Assembly: GCA_965228895.1 (NCBI GenBank)
Contig: OZ245842.1
Span: 3,456,001 to 3,520,000, forward strand
Direction: 5' to 3'
Origin: Alphaproteobacteria bacterium
GTDB taxonomy: Bacteria; Pseudomonadota; Alphaproteobacteria; SP197
DNA length: 64,000 nucleotides
Shown here: positions 53,595-61,361 of the stretch, piece after piece
Numbering within the stretch: position 1 is the first letter of the stretch
Layout of the letters: each line of letters opens with the position of its first letter
Notes under the pieces: model-generated
What the model saw: the letters and a program-made list of their open reading frames with translations, nothing else
Database searches by the model: none
What the model was told of the DNA's origin: nothing
Position numbers and translations under genes: made by a program

Positions 53595-54989
53595 CTAAAC
53601 CTTGCGCCACCACGCGACCGAACCCGATCTTTTCGCCCGTTCCTCGTCATAACGCAGGTAAGGCACCAGCCTGCCGAGCCAGGCCAACGCGCCGTGCTCG
53701 TTCATCCAGTTGGCATAGGCGACGTATTCGGGATAGTTGGAGAGATGGTTCTCCTCGGTCCGCGCGCGCCAATAGTAGATCAGGTTGACGCCGACCAGCA
53801 TGGCGCACAGCTTGCCGGCAAGAACGATGTCGTCGGCCGGGATAAACGGCACCGAGATCATCCACCACGTGATGTTCTTGGCGACATAGGCGGGGTGTTT
53901 GGTCAGCCGGTAGACGCCGGACGTCGCGAGCCCGCGATAAGTCAGGTTCGAAAACCGGAATCCCAGCGACACCGACGCCAGGGTGTAGATCGTGATGAAG
54001 CCGATGATGACCGCCGCCCATGCGACGTAGAGCGCCGGCACCGATTGCAGCCAATGGCCCCAATAGAAACCGTTGTTGTACTGGAGGTACTGGTCGAAGA
54101 CGACAAAGACGAAGGGTTTGTAGCAGACCAGGCACACCAGCCAGCCGATCAATGTCGGCTCCGCCGAGCGGATCTCCGAATTGGTCAGCTTCAGCGTCAT
54201 GATGTAGCCGCAGGTCGCGAACACCAGGTCGATGCCGTAGAGCAGCGAGAACAGGAAGTCGTAGATGGCCCCCGCTGACTCGTTCACGGTTCCCGTGAAA
54301 GTGAAGATGCCGCCATAGTCGAAGCCGATCAGGTTCTCGACCTCCAGTGCCAGGTAGCAGAACATCAGCGGCAGGAAGAACAGCTTGATCAGCCAGACAC
54401 GGACCAACTCCTTGACGTACTGCATGTTGTACGTGAAGCGCCGGTCGTTGGTCATGTAGCGCAACAGGAGGCGGCCCAGGTGATAGTAACCGTCCTCCGG
54501 CTCCTCCATCAGGCGGTCAACATACCAGAAATAGACGAAGGTCAGCGCCAGGATGACCGGCAGGAAAAGGAGCGCAGCGTCGAAGAACCGGCTGTAGAAA
54601 CCGTCGTACTCGGGAAACGTCGAATAGCCGATCGAGCCAAATCCAAGGATGGCCAACAGCGCCAGGAACTTGATGGCGACCCGGCCGATATTCGCACGAG
54701 CGTCGACACGCGCGGTCCGATGGCGGCGAAAGACGAACACGTCGATGCCGACAACCGTCATGATGCCGCAGACAATCGCGATCAGGCAGATCACCGTAAT
54801 GTTGTCGATCGGCATGCCGGTCAGCTGCCGCAGCCAGATGGTCAGCGCGGCCACGGCCTCCATGTTGAGGGCCAGCAAGACCAACGCGCCGACAAACACC
54901 ACAAGGCCGCACACATTCGTGGTGAAGTCGATCTCGCTTTTTGGACATTGCGAAACCGGGACGGCAGCCTGGGAAACGGTTGTTTTCAT
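53595..54989 (-). CDS. ICMT (isoprenylcysteine carboxyl methyltransferase)-like integral membrane protein
   Basis: Many TM helices; RFSNLTYRGLATSGVYRLTKHPAY..YYWRARTEENHL..Y..Y (ICMT/PEMT C-terminal signature). Confidence 0.82.
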   Translation of the reverse strand: MKTTVSQAAVPVSQCPKSEIDFTTNVCGLVVFVGALVLLALNMEAVAALTIWLRQLTGMPIDNITVICLIAIVCGIMTVVGIDVFVFRRHRTARVDARANIGRVAIKFLALLAILGFGSIGYSTFPEYDGFYSRFFDAALLFLPVILALTFVYFWYVDRLMEEPEDGYYHLGRLLLRYMTNDRRFTYNMQYVKELVRVWLIKLFFLPLMFCYLALEVENLIGFDYGGIFTFTGTVNESAGAIYDFLFSLLYGIDLVFATCGYIMTLKLTNSEIRSAEPTLIGWLVCLVCYKPFVFVVFDQYLQYNNGFYWGHWLQSVPALYVAWAAVIIGFITIYTLASVSLGFRFSNLTYRGLATSGVYRLTKHPAYVAKNITWWMISVPFIPADDIVLAGKLCAMLVGVNLIYYWRARTEENHLSNYPEYVAYANWMNEHGALAWLGRLVPYLRYDEERAKRSGSVAWWRKV

Positions 54990-55058
54990 ACAGATTGTCG
55001 CGCTTCGGTCATGGCAATCACCAGCTTGGCCGTGCCAGACCGCCTGGTGACGGGCGTT

Positions 55059-55102
55059 ATTCTATAGGCGGCAGTGTTCCTTAAACTGTGACCCGCATCA
55101 AC
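55059..55102 (-). promoter_or_regulatory. Imperfect CRP/FNR box with -10 element upstream of the ICMT-like gene
   Basis: TGTGA-N6-TCAAC at 55087-55102; TAGAAT on the minus strand at 55064-55059. Confidence 0.45.
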
Positions 55103-55288
55103 AAAGGGCCGGGCCGGCCATTCCCTTTGTTTCAGGCCAAAAACCCGCACCTCTTGAGCAGAATGTGCGTGGGTTGGCTCGTCGAACACCAAGAATCGCC
55201 AGTCTTTTTGATCGCCTTGTGCAAGCCTGATGCCGATGGTGGCTAACCGGCAAAGCGCGCACAGGAACACCCTAGGCCTCGAATCGAC

Positions 55289-55323
55289 GGTGGCCCATGC
55301 GAAACGCGCTCGCATGGGCCACC
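55289..55323 (-). terminator. Hairpin downstream of the GGSN-repeat gene
   Basis: Perfect 14-bp stem GGTGGCCCATGCGA..TCGCATGGGCCACC. Confidence 0.65.
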
Positions 55324-55372
55324 AGTTCGTTGAAGCATGACCTGAAATCAGGTCGCGACTGAGATCAAGGGA

Positions 55373-56248
55373 TTACTCCTGGCGGCCTTCGCGATCGCCG
55401 CCATTTTCACCCCTGTCTTTTCTGCCACCCCAGGTGTCGCCTTCACCCCAGTCGCTATCGCCCCAGTCACTATCGCCCCAGTCGCTATCGCCCCAGTCGC
55501 TATCGCCCCAGTCGCTACCGCCCCAGCCACCGTCGCCGCCGTAACCGCTGGAACCGTGACCGCCGTTGGACGAACCACCGTTCGAACCGCCGTTGGAACC
55601 ACCGTTCGAACCGCCGTTGGAACCACCGTTCGAACCACCGTTCGAGCCGCCGTTCGAGCCGCCGTTCGAACCACCGTTCGAGCCGCCGTTCGAACCACCG
55701 TTGGAACCACCGTTCGAACCGCCGTTGGAACCACCGTTCGAACCACCGTTCGAACCGCCGTTGGAACCACCGTTCGAACCGCCGTTGGAACCACCGTTCG
55801 AACCGCCGTTGGAACCACCGTTCGAACCACCGTTCGAACCGCCGTTGGAACCACCGTTGGAACCACCGCTCGAGCCGTTACCGCCGCCCGAGCCGGAATC
55901 ACGCTCTGGGCCAGGACGCGGTCCTTCACTGATCGGATCGCCAACTGGATCAGGTGCAACCGGACCGGCCGCAGGCGCGATCTCCTGGAGCTGCAAGCTC
56001 AGCTCTTCCAGGTAAGCGATGCACTCGCCAGTATCGACCGCAGCCGAAAGCTGGTCCGGAGTCATTGTCGAGCAGAATGAGAAGGCCTGAGGCGACACCA
56101 TCAACCGCCCATCATCGGCGGCCCGGCCCGTCTCTACGTTGGCCGCCACGGCGACGGCCACGAACCCCGCGCCAATCACCGCGGCACGTGTCCAGGCATA
56201 GCAGGCCAGCCTCTGTTGTTTGGCTTTTTTCAAGGTACCATCCTCCAT
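55373..56248 (-). CDS. Secreted Gly/Ser/Asn-rich repeat protein (likely true start TTG at 56233)
   Basis: Signal-like N-terminus, 2-Cys domain, EIAPAAGP, Pro-rich linker, (GGSN)24, WGDSD repeats, charged tail; variation between repeat units is synonymous in this frame. Confidence 0.8.
   Translation of the reverse strand: MEDGTLKKAKQQRLACYAWTRAAVIGAGFVAVAVAANVETGRAADDGRLMVSPQAFSFCSTMTPDQLSAAVDTGECIAYLEELSLQLQEIAPAAGPVAPDPVGDPISEGPRPGPERDSGSGGGNGSSGGSNGGSNGGSNGGSNGGSNGGSNGGSNGGSNGGSNGGSNGGSNGGSNGGSNGGSNGGSNGGSNGGSNGGSNGGSNGGSNGGSNGGSNGGSNGGSNGGSSNGGHGSSGYGGDGGWGGSDWGDSDWGDSDWGDSDWGDSDWGEGDTWGGRKDRGENGGDREGRQE
55436..55525 (-). repeat. 15-bp coding tandem repeat (WGGSD-WGDSD x4-WGEGD)
   Basis: gtcgctatcgcccca units on the plus strand. 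Confidence 0.92.
55580..55867 (-). repeat. 12-bp coding tandem repeat, 24 copies (GGSN)
   Basis: GGY GGY TCS AAC units, differing only at third codon positions. Confidence 0.95.
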
Positions 56249-56542
56249 TAAGGAACGTTTTTAACGAGGATGGATACTAATCGACATTCAGTCAGTATTT
56301 CGAAATATAATGTATAATGACGGCGAACCTATCGTAATGCTTCCGTGGCCAACAAAGCACATTACATCTTTAGTAATAATACCAAGAGAATTACTTACCT
56401 ACAACGCACCAGCCAATCTCTCGAAGGAGTTGCTACCTTCGCGAAATCGACCTCTCGAACGATGCAAACTCGACTCTAAAGAGAGGCTTGTAGCTCTTTC
56501 GATAGAGCCTATTGGTAAGATAGATGACCGTTCGATCGTGTC

Positions 56543-57649
56543 TTAACAGGTCTCGTACGGTGTATCCGACGCAATCGCACAGATGTACTGGCCGGCCCGG
56601 GCGAATCGGTGGCTGCGCCGGGCATAGAGCAGCCCCGGCCGGGGCGCTTTGACGGCGGTGCGTTGCCGTGTCTGGGGATCGACCACATGGCAGAACGCCT
56701 CATCGGCCATGACGTGATCACCCAAACTGCGATGGTAAACGACGATGCCGCCGGCTGGCGCCATAAGCCTTTTCAGCCCCCGGATTGCGCGCGGCTCGGT
56801 CAGTGCCTCGGGCAAGGGCCCGGGATCGCCGGCGATCACGGCGCGTCTTTGCAGGAAACGATAGAGGTTGTCGGCGTCCGGGCGGGTCAGATGGTCGTCG
56901 ACGTCGCGCTGACCACGCAGTTCAACGACTGCCGCCATGGCGCCGGGCGGCACCGGCACATCCGGGAAACGCTCGGCAAGTGTTTTCCAGACCAGCGCAT
57001 GGGCAGACTTGAACGTCATCATGGCGTTCCCGCGGTCGACCAGAACCACTTGGGCGTGCATCTGACGGGTCAGGTCCTCGGCCTGCGGCCAGTTGACGTC
57101 GGTCACGAAGAGGTGAAGCAGCGCTTCCCAGGCCGAGTGCAGATCAAGGACGATGTCGGCATCGTAGGAGAGCTTGAGCAGTTCGCGCTTCAAGACCTCA
57201 GGCTCACGCGCCACGACCGTCGCATCGAGCGCCTCGCCCATCGCCTGGCGGACCAGCGCGACATTGGCCTGGCTGTCATCGCCGAGTTTGCCGTTCAGGC
57301 GCGCGGCGACAGCATCGGTCAGATTGGGAAATCCACGGTTGTAGTTGCGCCCGGTCGCCAGATCATAGCGGCCCTGGCTTTCCATCATGATCTGCTGGGC
57401 CAGACCGATCGGGTTGGCGAACGGCACAACAACGATTTCGCCGGTGATACGCCCGTCGGCTTCGGCCGCCTCCAGGCGGCCCAACAGATGCTCCAGGACA
57501 ACGATGCCCGGCAATTCGGCGGCGTGCAGGGCGGCGTGAAGGTAGGCTTTGGGACGGGCGCCACGAGTGCCAAAACGATGCACCGTCAGCACACGCTCGG
57601 TACCGAGCGACGGGCACCCAAGGCCCAGGGTCTCAACGTGATGCGCCAT
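56543..57649 (-). CDS. M14 succinylglutamate desuccinylase/aspartoacylase family, paralogue 2
   Basis: LHAAE, ANPIG, NYNR, LDLHS, VELRG. Confidence 0.9.
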   Translation of the reverse strand: MAHHVETLGLGCPSLGTERVLTVHRFGTRGARPKAYLHAALHAAELPGIVVLEHLLGRLEAAEADGRITGEIVVVPFANPIGLAQQIMMESQGRYDLATGRNYNRGFPNLTDAVAARLNGKLGDDSQANVALVRQAMGEALDATVVAREPEVLKRELLKLSYDADIVLDLHSAWEALLHLFVTDVNWPQAEDLTRQMHAQVVLVDRGNAMMTFKSAHALVWKTLAERFPDVPVPPGAMAAVVELRGQRDVDDHLTRPDADNLYRFLQRRAVIAGDPGPLPEALTEPRAIRGLKRLMAPAGGIVVYHRSLGDHVMADEAFCHVVDPQTRQRTAVKAPRPGLLYARRSHRFARAGQYICAIASDTPYETC

Positions 57650-57654
57650 CACGC

Positions 57655-58794
57655 TTAGTAATCGATATGCGGCAAATCAGGCTCCGGAAGCGGCTCTGGC
57701 CCGGCGATTGACGCAAAACTCTGCCCTGGGCGCACCAGCATTGAAAGATTGCGGCCAAAGAACACGCCGTCCGTGCGGCTTCTTACCGGCGTGCGCGCCT
57801 TGTCGAAGTCGGCTTCAGACGGATCAACGACCCAGGCCACGACGTCGCCTTTCTTGATGCGCGCACCAAGCCCGACAGCATATGACAGCACGCCGGCGCA
57901 AGGCGCGACCGCATGATCGACGCCTTCCAGGGGGGTCGGTTCGCCGACCGGTTCCGGTGGCGGGCCGGGATCACCGGCGATCACATCGTGGCGCTGCAGA
58001 AACCGCCACAGACCGCGCGCATCTGTCTCCGCCAACGTTTCGTCGACATCCGGCTGGCCACGCAGTTCCAACGTGGTCGAAAAGGGTGGCGGCGGAACCA
58101 TCCGTTCCGGCAACAACGCGCGTAGCCGGTGCCAGAAGATGGTCGACGCGGCATCGAAGCTCGTGCCTTCGTCGGTGCGGAAGAGCAGGACGACCTTGCA
58201 GCCCAATTCGGCCGGCAGATCCGCATGGGTGTCCCGGTAATCAGCCGGGAGGTAGAGGTACTGCACCGCCTGGCCGTGACAATGCAGGTCAAAGATGTAG
58301 TCGGCGTCGACGCTAAGTGTCAGCAACGCCTTGCGCAACACGTTGGCCTCGCCCTCGGCGCGCCAGTCGTCCAGGGCCGCAAGGGCGGCGTCGCGGATCA
58401 AACGGCGGTTTTCCTCCGCATCATCGCCCAGGACATTACCAACCCGTCCGGCGATTCGGTCTGTCAGATCGGGATACCAGCGATTGAAGTTGCCGTCGCC
58501 GTCCAGATCGTAGCGGCCGAGATGATAGCCATAGATCTGCGAGGCCAGGCCGACCGGGTTGGCATAGGGCAGCACGACGATCTCGCCGTTAACCTCTCCC
58601 CTGGCGTCGGCGTCCTTGAGCCAGCCCAGCATGCGGTTGAGCACCAGCGTGCCAGGCAGTTCGTCGGCGTGGAGCGCGGCGTGCATATAGACCTTCGGAC
58701 GCGCGCCGGGACTGCCGAATCGGTGCACGGTCAACGCCCGTTTTGTGCCGGGACCCGGCGACATCAAAGGAATCGTCTCAATCGAATGGGGCAT
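57655..58794 (-). CDS. M14 succinylglutamate desuccinylase/aspartoacylase family, paralogue 3
   Basis: LHADE, ANPVG, NFNR, FDLHC, LELRG. Confidence 0.9.
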   Translation of the reverse strand: MPHSIETIPLMSPGPGTKRALTVHRFGSPGARPKVYMHAALHADELPGTLVLNRMLGWLKDADARGEVNGEIVVLPYANPVGLASQIYGYHLGRYDLDGDGNFNRWYPDLTDRIAGRVGNVLGDDAEENRRLIRDAALAALDDWRAEGEANVLRKALLTLSVDADYIFDLHCHGQAVQYLYLPADYRDTHADLPAELGCKVVLLFRTDEGTSFDAASTIFWHRLRALLPERMVPPPPFSTTLELRGQPDVDETLAETDARGLWRFLQRHDVIAGDPGPPPEPVGEPTPLEGVDHAVAPCAGVLSYAVGLGARIKKGDVVAWVVDPSEADFDKARTPVRSRTDGVFFGRNLSMLVRPGQSFASIAGPEPLPEPDLPHIDY

Positions 58795-59016
58795 GAATCT
58801 GGGGCTCGGGTCTGGCCGGAAGCCCCTCTTGTCGGAGACCGTGGAGATCAAGTCAAGCCGCGCCAGGCGGCGGATTCCAAGGACGCCCGCCACAAACCTC
58901 CCCCAAACGGATTACCACTTTTAGGGCATACCCATGCTCTACCCCCTTGTCGTTTACCAATTATACGTTGGATAGGGGTAAAATAGCCGCACAACAAAAG
59001 TAAACGGAGCGGCACC

Positions 59017-59565
59017 ATGGTTCCGAGTCCGAGAAAACGACACACCCGATTGCTACTCACGCTGCCGTTACTATTGGCAGGCATGATGTTTTCTGGCCCA
59101 GCCAAAAGCGAGATCTATGGCACGTCTGGCGACTGGATCGTCAATGTTAACGATCATGGCAGTTGTGTTTTGAGCCGTTATGTCGGCGAGCAGTTTTACG
59201 CCATCGGCGCGGAATGGGATCCGACCGCCAAGCAGTTCTATTGGACGGTGCTGTTCTATTCGCCGGAGTTGGGTGGCTTGCCGCCCGGCGGTGAATATCC
59301 GGTCGACCTCAAGGTCGAGGACGCGCCATGGCAGCAGGGCAGCACGGCCGAAATCATCAGCAGCCAGAACGTTTCCTATGTCCGGGTCGAGATCCACGAC
59401 TACGACTTCGGCACCGCCTTCCGTCAGGGCTCGGTCTTTACGGTCGGTGCCGCGCGCAAGGACTATCACCTGCCGCTCGATGGTTCGGCGGACGCCCAAG
59501 ACGTCTATGTCGGCTGTTTCCTGAACAGCTTCGTTCAGCCCGCCGCCCAGAACCCCTTCGAATAA
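59017..59565 (+). CDS. Hypothetical secreted protein
   Basis: Signal peptide; beta-rich mature part with Cys near each end (GDWIV..GSC..; LDGSADA..GC). Confidence 0.72.
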   Translation: MVPSPRKRHTRLLLTLPLLLAGMMFSGPAKSEIYGTSGDWIVNVNDHGSCVLSRYVGEQFYAIGAEWDPTAKQFYWTVLFYSPELGGLPPGGEYPVDLKVEDAPWQQGSTAEIISSQNVSYVRVEIHDYDFGTAFRQGSVFTVGAARKDYHLPLDGSADAQDVYVGCFLNSFVQPAAQNPFE

Positions 59566-59654
59566 GTTCTCTCACTTAGGCCGTTCCCGGCGCAGCTTGC
59601 GCACAGGGCCTTGCTGCGGGAGAGGCATCCTGATCCAATGCCTCTCCCATCAGC

Positions 59655-60497
59655 ATGGCAGGGGTCGGCATGTTCGCCAAGACACTGGACGGTTTGCGCA
59701 GCGCGGGCGCCGAAAAGGTGCTGTGCGACGGTAAGGTGCGCTCCACACGATTTCTGACGGCGACCGACGGCATGGGCTTTGCCATGTCGGATGTCCGGCT
59801 TGATGCGGGTCTGGAGCAAGACCTCTGGTACAAGAACCATTGGGAAGCCAACTACGTCGTCGCCGGAACGGGCCACGTCGAAGAAAGCGGCAGCGGTCAG
59901 ACATGGCCGCTTGAGGCCGGCATCATCTATACGGTCGGGCCCAAAGACAGGCACCGTGTCGTCGCCGAGAGCGACGTGCACATCATCAGCATCTTCGATC
60001 CGCCGATCACCGGCAACGAAGCCCACGATGCCGACGGATCCTATGCGCCAAGCGGTCCGGTGCCGCCGGGGCGCGGCACCATGTTCGTCAAGACGCTCAC
60101 CGACCTGCGCGCGGCCGGCAAGGAGATGGTCGTCGCCGGCGGTTCGGCGCGCACCGTGCGCGTGCTGCTGCAAGAGGACGGTTTGGGATTCACGTTGTCA
60201 GACGTCAACCTGAAGGCCGGCAACCGCAACACGCTTTGGTACAAGAACCACTGGGAAGCCAACTACATCCTGGCAGGCAGGGGCGAGGTCAGCGACCTCA
60301 CCACCGGCGAACGTTGGCCGATGGCGCCGGGCATGATGTACTGCGTCGGTCCCGACGACCGGCACAGCATGTTTGCCGAAACCGACCTTCACCTGATCAG
60401 CATCTTCTGTCCGGCGCTGAAAGGTGACGAGATACACGACGCCGACGGCGCACTCGCGCCATCCGGCCCGCTACCGCCGGGTCCGGCCACCGCCTAA
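59655..60497 (+). CDS. Tandem two-domain ectoine synthase (EctC)-like cupin protein
   Basis: Two copies of WYKNHWEANY..Y.VGP.DRH..IF.P...G.E.HD.DG. Confidence 0.85.
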   Translation: MAGVGMFAKTLDGLRSAGAEKVLCDGKVRSTRFLTATDGMGFAMSDVRLDAGLEQDLWYKNHWEANYVVAGTGHVEESGSGQTWPLEAGIIYTVGPKDRHRVVAESDVHIISIFDPPITGNEAHDADGSYAPSGPVPPGRGTMFVKTLTDLRAAGKEMVVAGGSARTVRVLLQEDGLGFTLSDVNLKAGNRNTLWYKNHWEANYILAGRGEVSDLTTGERWPMAPGMMYCVGPDDRHSMFAETDLHLISIFCPALKGDEIHDADGALAPSGPLPPGPATA

Positions 60498-60525
60498 CAG
60501 AACCAACTTCGACGGGGAGACATCG

Positions 60526-61356
60526 ATGCTGATACGCACCATGGATGATATGGAGAAGGCCGGCCGGATCGTTTCGATCTCCCACGGCCGCGCGACCGCC
60601 GTCCGGCCGCTGACCAAATCCGACGGCATGGGTTTCAGCGTCTCCGAAGCACGCGGGCGCGCCGGCAGCGGCAGCGACCTCTGGTACAAAAATCACTGGG
60701 AAGCCAACTACGTGCGCTCCGGCCATGGCTGGGTCCAGGATCTGACCAGCGGCCAGAAGTGGGATTTGGAACCGGGCATGATGTATATCGTCGGCCCGAA
60801 AGACAGACACCACATTCAAAGCAGCGATGAAGAGGCGCTGCGCATCATCAGCACCTTCAATCCGCCGATCGAGGGTGACGAGACCCACGACGACGACGGC
60901 GCCTATCCGCCGACCGGCCCGATCCCCGACGGGCCGGGTCGCATGCTGGTCAGAAGCCGCGCCGATGTCGAGGCCCAGGGCCTCGCCTTCTCGCGCGCCG
61001 GCGGCGCCAGCCAGATCGCGCGCTTCGTCACCGCCAGCGACAACCTCGGCTTCGCAATCAGCGAGGTCCGCTTCAAAGAGGGGCGCGAGGTCGACCTTTG
61101 GTACAAGAATCACTGGGAAGCCAACCTGGTGCTCGACGGCACGATCGAACTGACCCACAAGACGAACGGCGAGGTCCATCAGCTCGGCCCGGGCGGGCTC
61201 TACTGCGTCGGACCGGACGATCCCCATCACATCAAGACGTTGACCGATGTGCGCCTGATCAGCGTCTTCAACCCGCCGCTCGAGGGCCACGAGACTCATG
61301 ACGAAGATGGGGCCTACCCGCCGACCGGACCGCTGCCGCCGGGTCCCGCGGCGTAG
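60526..61356 (+). CDS. Second tandem two-domain EctC-like cupin protein
   Basis: GGGGAG RBS; two copies of WYKNHWEAN..Y.VGP.D.H..FNPP.EG.ETHD.DGAY. Confidence 0.85.
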   Translation: MLIRTMDDMEKAGRIVSISHGRATAVRPLTKSDGMGFSVSEARGRAGSGSDLWYKNHWEANYVRSGHGWVQDLTSGQKWDLEPGMMYIVGPKDRHHIQSSDEEALRIISTFNPPIEGDETHDDDGAYPPTGPIPDGPGRMLVRSRADVEAQGLAFSRAGGASQIARFVTASDNLGFAISEVRFKEGREVDLWYKNHWEANLVLDGTIELTHKTNGEVHQLGPGGLYCVGPDDPHHIKTLTDVRLISVFNPPLEGHETHDEDGAYPPTGPLPPGPAA

Positions 61357-61361
61357 CCCGT

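Noticed and set aside
55436-55867. CRISPR array
   Set aside because: The 12- and 15-bp units are directly abutting with no unique spacers, vary only synonymously, and no cas genes are present
55348-56080. Alternative-frame ORFs (EPPF/EPPL and TAVR/TVVP repeats)
   Set aside because: By-products of the stop-free 12-bp repeat; unit variation is silent only in the GGSN frame, which also has an RBS and signal peptide
56248-56264. CtrA binding site
   Set aside because: The TTAA half-sites are 9 bp apart, not 7, and are better explained by the RNA hairpin
52600-56540. Mobile element or prophage
   Set aside because: No integrase, transposase, terminal repeats or target-site duplication detected by eye
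59655-61356. Canonical ectoine biosynthesis operon
   Set aside because: No ectA, ectB, ectD or ask in the window, and the domains deviate at substrate-side positions, so the ectC symbol was withheld
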